From: Acidilobaceae archaeon
GTDB lineage: Archaea; Thermoproteota; Thermoprotei_A; Sulfolobales; Acidilobaceae
Direction: 5' to 3'
Assembly: GCA_038824665.1 (NCBI GenBank)
Contig: JAWBBK010000002.1
Span: forward strand, 1-50,354
Length of the DNA: 50,354 nucleotides
The notes under the pieces are model-generated. The model searched no databases, was not told where the DNA came from, and was given only the letters and a program-made list of their open reading frames with translations. Positions 17,683-26,670 of the stretch are shown piece after piece. Every line of letters begins with the position of its first letter. Within the stretch, counting starts at the first letter, position 1. The position numbers were made by a program, and so were the translations under genes.

Positions 17683-19649
17683 GTTCTGAGCGTAGAATCT
17701 TTCATACATTACTTAAACTAGAAGAAGCTATAGCTAGAGTGCTTGAATACATCAAACCAGGATCTTGGGGTACAGAAACTGTAAAACTTAGTGAGGCTTA
17801 TGGAAGAGTCTTAGCTGAAGACGTTTTCGCAAAAGTCAGCTATCCACCTTTCGATAGGTCTACAGTAGACGGCTATGCGGTAAGGTCTACAGACCTAGCT
17901 TATGCTTCTGAGGTCACCCCAGTGAAGCTGAAGATCGTAGGCTCTATCAAAGTCGGAGAATGGTCTCAGATAGAAGTCAAGTCTGGAGAGGCTGTAGAAA
18001 TCGATACAGGAGCTTCTCTTCCTAGAGGAGCTGACTCTGTGGTCATGATTGAGCACACAAAGAAAGTGGGTGACGAGGTCTTAGTTTTCAGAAACGTTGC
18101 ACCAGGAGAGAACGTAGCGAAGGTGGACTCCGATATAGCTGTAGGAGACCTAGTCTTGAGGAAGTGTACACGGCTTGGTGAAAGAGAGATAGCGGTTTTG
18201 GCTGCTGCTGGATACTCTTCCGTCTTAGTTTTCAAGAAGCCTAAAGTAGCTGTAGTGTCAACAGGCGTAGAAATCGTAGAGCCTGGCTCAGATCTCTCTC
18301 TTGGAAAGGTTTACGATATAAACTCTTATTCAATAGCTGCAGGGCTTTTCGAAATAGGAGCTGAGCCTGTAGTTTTCGGGATCGTGAAGGACGAGCTAGA
18401 AGCTCTTGTCTCTGCGTTAAAACGAGCTGTAGAGTCTACAGACATGATCGTAGTGACAGGCGGTACTTCTGCAGGTCCTACAGATATCACTTACAGAGCT
18501 GTTGAAAGCCTCGGCTTCGTTAGAGTGTTGGCTCATGGACTTCTCGTTAAGCCTGGAAAGCCAACGCTTATAGCTATAACTGATTCGGGAAAGCTGATCT
18601 TCGGTCTTCCAGGTCATCCAGGAGCAGCTTTAACAATGTTCAACCTGATAGTAAAACCAGCAATTAAGAGAGGACTCTGTCTAGACGAGGAGCAACCAGT
18701 AGTGAGAGCAAGACTTGCAAGACGAGTAGAAGGAGCTAGAGGCAGAAAGGCTTTAATCCCAGTTAGTCTTGTCAAAAAGTCTGAAGAAGACGTAATAGCA
18801 TATCCAATTTTAGCTTGGTCAGGAGCTGTGAGAGCTCTCACGTTAGCGGAAGGCTTCATAACTGTCGGAGAAGACTTAGAGTACTTAGAAGAAGGCGAGA
18901 CTGTAGATGTATTTCTCTACTCTCCTTCATACAAACCTGCTGATCTTTATGTTGTCGGAAGTCATGATATAGCTCTAGATATCACAATCATTCCTAGACT
19001 TAACTTCAAAGTTAAGGCTCTTTACGTTGGTTCTCTAGGTGGTATAGATGCAGCAGTTCGAGAGGACTCTGATGTTTCAGGGATCCATCTTCTAGATATC
19101 GAGACAGGCGAATACAACGTTCCAGAGTTAGAGAAGAGAGAAGTCAAAGGCTTGGTTCTAGTAAGAGGCTATCAAAGAGAGCAAGGCATAGTGTTGCCAA
19201 AAGGGAATCCTCATAGAGTCTCGAGCTTTGAAGACATAGTAATCAAGAGGCTTAGGATAGTGAATAGAAGCAAAGGGTCAGGAACCAGAACTCTGATAGA
19301 TTATTTGTTGAAAAAGGTAGCAGAAAAGCTTTCTATAAGCTTTACAGAACTCGCTAAAAGAGTAGAAGGGTACACTCACGAGGTCTCAACTCATACTGCT
19401 GTAGCAGCTCTTATAGCTCAAGGTAAGGCTGATGCTGGAGTAGCTACAAGAATAGCGGCAGAACTCTATGGTTTGGACTTTTTGAGCTTAGGCTGGGAAC
19501 AGTTCGATTTCCTGATACCTAAAAGCAAACTTAACAAACGCGCAGTAAAGAAGTTCCTCGAAGCTATCGCAGAGTTGAAAGACGAGATAAGCAGACTACC
19601 CGGTTATAGAGTTCCCAAAGACTACGCTACGGTGATTTGGGAGAGATGA
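17679..19649 (+). CDS. moeA: MoeA fused to a C-terminal periplasmic-binding (PBP) domain
   Basis: PPFDRSTVDGYAV, GGTSAG, KPGKP and GLPGHP; then GSHD, GSLGG and NRSKGSGTR PBP domain. Confidence 0.93.
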   Translation: MSSERRIFHTLLKLEEAIARVLEYIKPGSWGTETVKLSEAYGRVLAEDVFAKVSYPPFDRSTVDGYAVRSTDLAYASEVTPVKLKIVGSIKVGEWSQIEVKSGEAVEIDTGASLPRGADSVVMIEHTKKVGDEVLVFRNVAPGENVAKVDSDIAVGDLVLRKCTRLGEREIAVLAAAGYSSVLVFKKPKVAVVSTGVEIVEPGSDLSLGKVYDINSYSIAAGLFEIGAEPVVFGIVKDELEALVSALKRAVESTDMIVVTGGTSAGPTDITYRAVESLGFVRVLAHGLLVKPGKPTLIAITDSGKLIFGLPGHPGAALTMFNLIVKPAIKRGLCLDEEQPVVRARLARRVEGARGRKALIPVSLVKKSEEDVIAYPILAWSGAVRALTLAEGFITVGEDLEYLEEGETVDVFLYSPSYKPADLYVVGSHDIALDITIIPRLNFKVKALYVGSLGGIDAAVREDSDVSGIHLLDIETGEYNVPELEKREVKGLVLVRGYQREQGIVLPKGNPHRVSSFEDIVIKRLRIVNRSKGSGTRTLIDYLLKKVAEKLSISFTELAKRVEGYTHEVSTHTAVAALIAQGKADAGVATRIAAELYGLDFLSLGWEQFDFLIPKSKLNKRAVKKFLEAIAELKDEISRLPGYRVPKDYATVIWER

Positions 19650-20509
19650 GAGTTCTCGGGATAGTGCTTTCTGGAGGAGCATCGAAGAGGTTTCAGATAG
19701 AAGGAGAGACTTGGATAGACAAAGCTCTTTACCCTATTGAAGGTAAGCCTATGATCTCTTATGTAATAGACAAAGCGTTTAAGGTAGTGGATAGACTTGT
19801 AGTTGTAGTCAGAGACAGAGAAAGAGCTAGACTCTACGAGAGAGAGCTAGGAGTCGAGACCGCGATCGACGATTTGAGGCTCTCCGGCCCTTTAGCTGGA
19901 GTGTTAGGAGCTCTTAGATCTAACTCATGTGAAAAGGCCGTAGTGCTTCCGAACGATATGCCATGGTTTGATCCGGTCTTCTTAAGGTCTCTTTTAGAAT
20001 CTCTCGAACAGTACGATATCTCGTCTCCTATTCTTCCCAACGGATTGGTGATGACTACAGTAATGGCAGTGAGATGCGATGTAGCTTTTTGGGTTTTAGA
20101 AGAACTCTTAAAGTTCCCTCAGAGGAGCAGAGTAGCGGACCTTCACAGAGGTGCTCCTCGCGTTGCTTTATTGAACGCTAAGAAGAGAGGTGTTGACCCT
20201 TTCTCTCTTCTCAGTGTGAACAAAAAAGAACTCGTTCAGAGAGCTAGCGCCTCTTATCCCGAAGGAGTTGTTGAGGACGATGTTTATATAGAGAGAGACT
20301 TTACTCGAGAAGATGTCAGAGCTGGAAATCTGAACATCGTTGGATCTCTTTGGGGCTCTCTGACTAAAGGACTGTATATAGAAGAGTTTAGACTTTATGT
20401 AGAAAAGGGAGCGTTCATGCTTGCAGCCTACGCTCTTCTAGACTCTCCTAGTCTTCTAGCTAAAGCTCTAGGCAAAACTATAGCGAACTCTTTAAAAGAG
20501 GTGTCTTAA
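19637..20509 (+). CDS. mobA: Molybdenum cofactor guanylyltransferase MobA (start probably ATG 19646)
   Basis: VLSGGASKRF...DKA, GPLAG and PNDMP motifs; in the moeA operon. Confidence 0.85.
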   Translation: MGEMRVLGIVLSGGASKRFQIEGETWIDKALYPIEGKPMISYVIDKAFKVVDRLVVVVRDRERARLYERELGVETAIDDLRLSGPLAGVLGALRSNSCEKAVVLPNDMPWFDPVFLRSLLESLEQYDISSPILPNGLVMTTVMAVRCDVAFWVLEELLKFPQRSRVADLHRGAPRVALLNAKKRGVDPFSLLSVNKKELVQRASASYPEGVVEDDVYIERDFTREDVRAGNLNIVGSLWGSLTKGLYIEEFRLYVEKGAFMLAAYALLDSPSLLAKALGKTIANSLKEVS

Positions 20510-21058
20510 TTGCCGGTCGAGATTCTTCTCGTGCCCATAGGGGTAAGCGTTCAGTTGCTTGAACTCGTGAGAAGAGCGATAGAAGAAGAACTAGACGAGG
20601 AGTTTATAGTTAAAGTCTTCTTGTGGTCTCTGAGACTAGACTACAGAAGGTCTTTTAACTGGTCAAGAGGTCAGCTGAAAGCATGGAAAGTTAACGAAGA
20701 GGTCAGCGAGGCTCTTTCAGACTACTTGAGGTCTCCTCTGAAGCTCGTTGTAGCTGTTTGCGCAGGAGACGCTTACTACGACGATCTTAACTTTGTTTTT
20801 GGTTTAGCCAACCCTAAGCTAGGAGTAGCAAGCGTTTACATAGCTAGACTTTCTGAGGAGAGTCCAGAAAAGCTCGTAGAGAGGTTAGCAAAGGAGGTCC
20901 TCCATGAGATCGGACACCTACTAAGATTAAGCCATTGTGAGAACGAGTGTGTAATGAAGTTTAGCAATACCCTTTCAGATGTCGATAAAAAGCCTAGAGG
21001 TTTCTGTTCTAAATGTTCGAACATACTTAAGAAAACTCTCAGCGAAGCTAAAACGTAA
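20510..21058 (+). CDS. amzA: Archaemetzincin Zn protease
   Basis: LNFVFGLA, KEVLHEIGH..LSHC...CVMKFS....VD.K...FC..C. Confidence 0.88.
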   Translation: MPVEILLVPIGVSVQLLELVRRAIEEELDEEFIVKVFLWSLRLDYRRSFNWSRGQLKAWKVNEEVSEALSDYLRSPLKLVVAVCAGDAYYDDLNFVFGLANPKLGVASVYIARLSEESPEKLVERLAKEVLHEIGHLLRLSHCENECVMKFSNTLSDVDKKPRGFCSKCSNILKKTLSEAKT

Positions 21059-21084
21059 AGCGTACAGAGTCAGCAGAACTCTAG

Positions 21085-21534
21085 GTGCTAAACTTGAAAG
21101 CTTGTGAGCCCGGTTTCGCTCATCTCGAACACACAGCTGACGTTTTGATCGAAGCCAAAGGCAGAAGCCTATCCGAAGCTTTCGAGAACGCAGCTCTTGG
21201 CGTTTATGAAGTGATGACGGATACAAGCAAAGTAGAGCCTAAGATAGAAGAGAAGCTAGAAGTCGAAAGCTTTGATCTACAAAACCTTCTTTACAGATGG
21301 ATAGAAGAGCTCTTGATCAAAACCGACGAGAAGCGTTTGCTTTTCTCGAAGTTCAAAGTGTGGAGGATCGAGGTCTACGCGGACAAAATGAAGCTCAGAG
21401 CTTCAGCTTGGGGAGAAGAGTTTGACTCTTCTCGTCATCTCAGCAAGACTTTAGTCAAAGCTATGACATATGCTCAGATGAGTTTAATCGAGGAAAACGG
21501 CTGTTGGGAGATCAGATTCGTCGTAGATATATAG
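21085..21534 (+). CDS. Archease
   Basis: EHTADV, LLYRWIEELL, VKAMTY and terminal FVVDI motifs. Confidence 0.95.
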   Translation: MLNLKACEPGFAHLEHTADVLIEAKGRSLSEAFENAALGVYEVMTDTSKVEPKIEEKLEVESFDLQNLLYRWIEELLIKTDEKRLLFSKFKVWRIEVYADKMKLRASAWGEEFDSSRHLSKTLVKAMTYAQMSLIEENGCWEIRFVVDI

Positions 21535-21574
21535 ATTTACATCAAACTCTGCTATAGCTGAGCGTGAGAAAGGC

Positions 21575-22201
21575 GTGAGCGAAGTCGTTTATTTGTCTTG
21601 GAATGAGGTCATAGGACACTGCTACAGGTTAGCGCTCTCAATAGCTAAATCAGGCTTCAAGCCCGACGCTATAATCGCTGTTCTGAGAGGCGGTCTAGTT
21701 CCAGCTCTTGTGATAAGCGATGTACTCAATGTGTCTGAGTTCTATGCCGTTAGGGCTAAACACTGGGGAGTCGCTAAAGAGATCTACGAGAAGCCTCTGC
21801 TCGAACAACTGCCTCCAGACGTCATCAAAGACCGAAAGGTCTTAGTAGTAGACGAGGTAGCTGATACAGGCAAGACTCTAGCTGAGGTAGTGAAAGCGCT
21901 AAAGTCTATAGGAGTTCTCGAAGCTAGAACAGCAGTAATCCACCTTAAGAGTTCCTCAATTTACATCCCGGACTACTACGTAGAGAAGCTCGATAAGTGG
22001 GTTTGGATATTTTATCCCTGGTCTCTCATAGAGACTCTTTACGCCTTCGCTATAAGAGAACTTAGCGGAGAGACTCGCGATATCAAAAAACTGTTGGATA
22101 AAGTAGATGAGATAGCGAGAAGACTTTCAGTCAGTTACGATAGAAGAGTGATAGAAGAGGCTCTAAGCTTTTATGTTGAAGACAGAGAACAGAGTCGCTG
22201 A
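21575..22201 (+). CDS. Type I (purine) phosphoribosyltransferase
   Basis: YLSW, RGGLVP, VLVVDEVADTGKTL and WIFYPW motifs. Confidence 0.9.
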   Translation: MSEVVYLSWNEVIGHCYRLALSIAKSGFKPDAIIAVLRGGLVPALVISDVLNVSEFYAVRAKHWGVAKEIYEKPLLEQLPPDVIKDRKVLVVDEVADTGKTLAEVVKALKSIGVLEARTAVIHLKSSSIYIPDYYVEKLDKWVWIFYPWSLIETLYAFAIRELSGETRDIKKLLDKVDEIARRLSVSYDRRVIEEALSFYVEDREQSR

Positions 22202-22295
22202 GTTTAGACAACAAGCGGAGACCTCTGAGAGAGTCTAGGAGTTGTTCTCAGCTTAGCTCATCTAAGTCTCTCTCAACTAAGCTTCTGGGCTTAGA

Positions 22296-22850
22296 ATGGT
22301 TGTATGTCCTTACTGTCTTTCAACTAACATCATTTGGGACTCTTTTTATGGAAGCGTTGTCTGTTCTTCTTGTGGTATCGTGTTAGCTGAAAACCTTATA
22401 GACGACGGCCGGTCTTCTTTTTATGCTGATGATGAAGAAGGTTTAGTTCAAAAAAGTCTCGAGAGACAGCTTAGGCTTAAACTGAAGCATAGAGAGACAA
22501 GACCTGACCCTCTTGCCTCACCAATAAACAAGAAGGCTTTAGAAGTTCTCAAAAGAAATCGTGAAGTTTACGAGATCTTGGTAGAAGTCTCAAAACATCC
22601 AAAGATCAAGTCTAGAAAGTTAAGGATGAGAGTCGCGCTAGCTCTTTATCTCTACTTAAGAACACTAGGATATCTTAAGTCGAAAGCTATAGCGGAGGCT
22701 TCAAGGAGAGCGGGGGTTTCAGCTAGATGTTTAGAGAGAGTCATCAAAGAAAGAGAGATAATGGTTGTTCTAGAAAAACTCTTTTTTTCCGAAACAATTA
22801 AAACTCTAGAAGGGAAAAAGCTAATTAGGACAACTCGATGGGATCTCTGA
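22296..22850 (+). CDS. Short TFIIB-type zinc-ribbon protein (TFB3-like)
   Basis: CPYC-x17-CSSCG.VL.ENLIDDG TFB ribbon; only 184 aa, with a single cyclin/HTH-like remnant. Confidence 0.6.
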   Translation: MVVCPYCLSTNIIWDSFYGSVVCSSCGIVLAENLIDDGRSSFYADDEEGLVQKSLERQLRLKLKHRETRPDPLASPINKKALEVLKRNREVYEILVEVSKHPKIKSRKLRMRVALALYLYLRTLGYLKSKAIAEASRRAGVSARCLERVIKEREIMVVLEKLFFSETIKTLEGKKLIRTTRWDL

Positions 22851-23479
22851 CAGTCAAACTTCTTACTGTAGCTCTTATCGCTATGTTCGTTATAACCTAT
22901 GTGGTCTTAGCTAGAGAAGAAGCGGTTATTTATCGAGTAGGCGATCATTTTGAATACAGAGTCAAGTCAAAGTTCATTAGGGTGGACGGCAAGGAGTTTA
23001 TGTGTATGTGGACTTTAAAGGCTATAATAAAAGAAATCTCGTATCCATTTGTCTATTTAGATTTATATTGGAGGCTAGAACAAGGCGATCCAGAGTTCTG
23101 TGGAAATGAGACAGCGACTATCGAGGTCAGATGTAGAATAGACATAAGACCTGAGGATCCGGAGTTTGCGAATCATTGGGAATGGCCTCTTCTTATCGAT
23201 CCTCAATACTCTCAGGTCTTCAGGATCGAAGGAGGACTTATCCATAAAGAAGTCTTTGAGTATAAAAAAGGAGTCCTCATTAAAAGGACCTCTACTCTAC
23301 CTGATATCTTCGGTACCTATGAAGTAGAGATGACTTTAATAGATACTAGCGTCGATTTAAATAGATTTAGCATATTGTGGGTCTTGGCAGTCTTGGTCTT
23401 AGGAGCTGGAGTCGGGGTTATAGCTTTTAAGTTAGCTAAAAGCGTTTTAATGAGAAGAGAAGCAGGTCAAGCAACGTAG
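22838..23479 (+). CDS. Exported, C-terminally membrane-anchored hypothetical protein
   Basis: N-terminal hydrophobic signal and C-terminal TM followed by basic residues. Confidence 0.65.
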   Translation: MGSLTVKLLTVALIAMFVITYVVLAREEAVIYRVGDHFEYRVKSKFIRVDGKEFMCMWTLKAIIKEISYPFVYLDLYWRLEQGDPEFCGNETATIEVRCRIDIRPEDPEFANHWEWPLLIDPQYSQVFRIEGGLIHKEVFEYKKGVLIKRTSTLPDIFGTYEVEMTLIDTSVDLNRFSILWVLAVLVLGAGVGVIAFKLAKSVLMRREAGQAT

Positions 23480-23481
23480 TT

Positions 23482-26400
23482 TTATTGAACTTGGTTCTCA
23501 CGTTTAAGCTGATTGAGTAAAGAGATAGCGACTATGTAGATCTCGCTGACCAGGAGAGCCAACGAGCCTATCCACACTAGGTTGACGTAGTGTACAGTCT
23601 TAACTCTTAGAAGTAATCCTTGTGTGACTAAAGTGGAGTTCTCAGGTTTAAAGTTTTCTATGGTTTCAATTACATGAAATAGAGCAGGAGTCATAGATTC
23701 AAGCATACTCAAAGAGATCCTCAGCGTAAAGATCCTCTGGAAGAATGGCTCTATGGTTTCAGTATTAGTTAAGATCGAGACCCACACAATGCTTTGTGTG
23801 AGAGGATCTAGCCACTTAGCAGCTGCTGCCTGAATTTCTGGAGGAGCATTCGCTAAAGCTGGTGGCATGAAGAGCTTCATGTTTAAAAACGAAAGAACCA
23901 TGGCTACCCCTATTTTGTCAATAGGGTCGAGCTCTTTGAATACCTCATGTAGGTAAAACATTAGAGACTCAGGTAGAGAGATCGAGGCCGGTACTTGTGC
24001 CATCATTCCATGAACCATAGGCATGTAAATGAAGATCCCTCCTATAGGAATCGATTTTTCATAAAACGGTAAGTAGGGCTCTACGTATATCTCTGTAAGT
24101 CCTGTTCTGATCACTAGAGGCTTTGGAACTGTTCCCTTTATTCCTTGAAGCTCACCATTGATATCGAATCTAGCCTCTACTGTTTGTCTGTAGACTTCAT
24201 TACCTTTTCTTATCTCAAAATGTAACAAAAGCTTTGCGCCTTCAGGTAGCGTAGAAGGTAGCGGAGGCGCTTGTGCTAGTCGTGCTAGCTCGTCTATTGT
24301 CAGTTCTCTCAACTCGACATAGCTTAAAGCTCTTCCGCTAGTTCTCTCTATCATAGTCATGATGGCGGTCTCATTTGTTAAAATCTCAGCGTAGCCTGTT
24401 TTCAAAAGTATGTTCCAAAGATCGCTTCTTTCAGAGGAGAGTCTAGAATAGTAATAGACTTCTTCGCTTAAGATAAGAGAAGGTATCTGAAAGACCTCTC
24501 TTACAGATTCTAAAAGACCTCCTATATCTACAGTCATGTTGCTGAACTCTAGAACTATCTTCTCGTCCGAGACTTTGACTAATGGATTTCGTAGCGTTAA
24601 GTTGTGAACAGATAAAGTTACACCCCTCATATTTAGCTTTAAGTTTGAAGGTTTGACTATAACGCTATCTATCTTTGATTCGAGCGCTTTTTGTGCTTCT
24701 TCACTCATACTTAGCTCTATTAAGACGCTTCCTGAAAAGGAAGCGGTTAATATGGCGTAACGTATGTCTGTTGCGTTAATGTTCTCGAGTCCATAGTCTA
24801 GATTGATAGATAACGTCTCTAACTCTAAAACCAGCTTCTCAGCCTTCAGCTCTAAGACCTTGTTCTGCTCTCTCAGTATCACTACATCGCTCATCTCTTC
24901 CTCTATCGATAGAGTTAAAGAGTGGTTTCCGAGGACTTCTAAAATCCCGAAAGACTCTAACAGCTTCATTCCTTTATAGGCTTTACTCCAGGCTTCAGTC
25001 CACTCTGTAGCTATTAAGAGAAGGGTCCAGTAACCAGACAACTTATAATAGGGAAGTCGTTCTTTATAGGCATTGTATACGTCTACAGGCTCCCAGAAGA
25101 CCTGATATTCATAACCTAAAAACTTGACTTTAACGTCTCCTAGGTCCACTTCTTCACCTACTTTTAGTTGCACGAAGTCGCTGAAATACCTCTGATTGTA
25201 TGCAAAGGGACCACTGAGGATTACTCCTAGAGCTAAGAGAGCTAAAGAAAAGTGTAAGAGAGAAAGCCCTAGAGTTCTATGTGTGAACTTAGAAAAGCTC
25301 AAGATCACAGAAATGGCGCTAGAGGCTAGCGCTAAAGCTAAAGGCGGAAGGCTTAGCGATATCATTACATTAGTCCAGATACTACTAAGCGGAGACCATA
25401 CGAGATAACCTCTATAGCTTTGAATAGCTAAGATCGTTCCTGCAATTAAAGATGCAACAACTAGAACTAGATGAGTTCTTAGGCTCAGTCTTTCTCTAAG
25501 AGAACATAAAGGCATACTGAGAATTCCTATTAAGAAAGCAGGAAAGAGCAATGGATACGTAGCTTTAACGAAACTATCGCCAGCTAAAGTTATCTGAGTT
25601 GCATCTCTTCCGATAGCGGAGACTCCTACAGGGATCAAGAGGACGATGTAAACGACTAAAGAAGCAATGAGTAGAGCTATAAAAGACGCTAACATACCGA
25701 TGAGATAAGGAGACTTGCTTTCTACTACCTTTTCTATAGTCTTCATAGACTCTTTACTGGTCTCGTTTAGAGCTAACACAAGAAAAGCTACGATAAAGAG
25801 GAACAGAATCCCTATAGCAATTGTTCGAGCTTCTGCGAAACCATGAAGAGGCGAGAGTCCTGTTCTGGTTACGGCCATACTTAAGAAAACCGAAGAGGCA
25901 CTTAAGTAAAGCATAGCGCTAGCCAAACGTTTGCTAAATGGAATAGAGTGGAAGTAAGCAGTGAGGAAGAGCCACGGGACAAGTGTTGAGGTCTCGACAG
26001 GATCCCATGCCCAATAGCCTCCCCATCCTAATGTTGTATAAGCCCAATAGCCTCCCGTTACGTTACCGAGAGTTAAGAATATCCAACCTATTCTAGCGGT
26101 GTTTAAAGCAACTTGTCCATGTCTTCCAAGTTCTAGAGCAGCGCTTAAAGGTATAAGCGAATAAGCGGCGAACACAGTTAGCGGATGAGGTAGCAACCAG
26201 AGGCTTTTTAAAAGAGGATTTATTCCCATTCCTGTAGTCGCATCAAAGCCTGTCTTTTCAAAAGCTCCGAGAAGCATGGCTAAGATTGTTCCAGAAACCA
26301 CTAAGGCGTTACTTAAAGTCAGAGCGACAGGGTTCAAAGTCTTAACTATTAGTCTAGCGATTAGAGATCCAGTGCTTAAAACAGCTACGAACAGAACTAA

Positions 26401-26664
26401 GCTACTACCTCCACCAGCCCAGCTAGATCCTATTTTGATCAGTAACGGCAATCCTGGAGCTGAGGTCTCGTAGACAGGTTTGAGACTATAGTCTTGGACT
26501 ACGAAAGAGTAAACATACAACACATAGCCTAAAAGCGTCAAGACCAGACCTACATATCCAAGAGCTTCAACCCTCTTTTTGGCTAAAAGGAGTAGCAGAA
26601 CTTCCGATACGAGAACAACAATTCCGCTGATCATAATCAGTCCTGTGTAGTGAATGTCTAACAT
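23482..26664 (-). CDS. ccmF: Cytochrome c biogenesis heme lyase CcmF with large extracytoplasmic insertions
   Basis: GINPLL, HPL, WAY..LGWGGYWAWDPVE (WWD motif), YFHS, PLHGFA and LLH; C-terminal VNLVWIG. Confidence 0.92.
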   Translation of the reverse strand: MLDIHYTGLIMISGIVVLVSEVLLLLLAKKRVEALGYVGLVLTLLGYVLYVYSFVVQDYSLKPVYETSAPGLPLLIKIGSSWAGGGSSLVLFVAVLSTGSLIARLIVKTLNPVALTLSNALVVSGTILAMLLGAFEKTGFDATTGMGINPLLKSLWLLPHPLTVFAAYSLIPLSAALELGRHGQVALNTARIGWIFLTLGNVTGGYWAYTTLGWGGYWAWDPVETSTLVPWLFLTAYFHSIPFSKRLASAMLYLSASSVFLSMAVTRTGLSPLHGFAEARTIAIGILFLFIVAFLVLALNETSKESMKTIEKVVESKSPYLIGMLASFIALLIASLVVYIVLLIPVGVSAIGRDATQITLAGDSFVKATYPLLFPAFLIGILSMPLCSLRERLSLRTHLVLVVASLIAGTILAIQSYRGYLVWSPLSSIWTNVMISLSLPPLALALASSAISVILSFSKFTHRTLGLSLLHFSLALLALGVILSGPFAYNQRYFSDFVQLKVGEEVDLGDVKVKFLGYEYQVFWEPVDVYNAYKERLPYYKLSGYWTLLLIATEWTEAWSKAYKGMKLLESFGILEVLGNHSLTLSIEEEMSDVVILREQNKVLELKAEKLVLELETLSINLDYGLENINATDIRYAILTASFSGSVLIELSMSEEAQKALESKIDSVIVKPSNLKLNMRGVTLSVHNLTLRNPLVKVSDEKIVLEFSNMTVDIGGLLESVREVFQIPSLILSEEVYYYSRLSSERSDLWNILLKTGYAEILTNETAIMTMIERTSGRALSYVELRELTIDELARLAQAPPLPSTLPEGAKLLLHFEIRKGNEVYRQTVEARFDINGELQGIKGTVPKPLVIRTGLTEIYVEPYLPFYEKSIPIGGIFIYMPMVHGMMAQVPASISLPESLMFYLHEVFKELDPIDKIGVAMVLSFLNMKLFMPPALANAPPEIQAAAAKWLDPLTQSIVWVSILTNTETIEPFFQRIFTLRISLSMLESMTPALFHVIETIENFKPENSTLVTQGLLLRVKTVHYVNLVWIGSLALLVSEIYIVAISLLNQLKRENQVQ

Positions 26665-26670
26665 AGCCTC

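Noticed and set aside
9104-21226. Many antisense ORFs rich in Ser/Leu/Thr
   Set aside because: Shadow frames of well-supported genes on the opposite strand.
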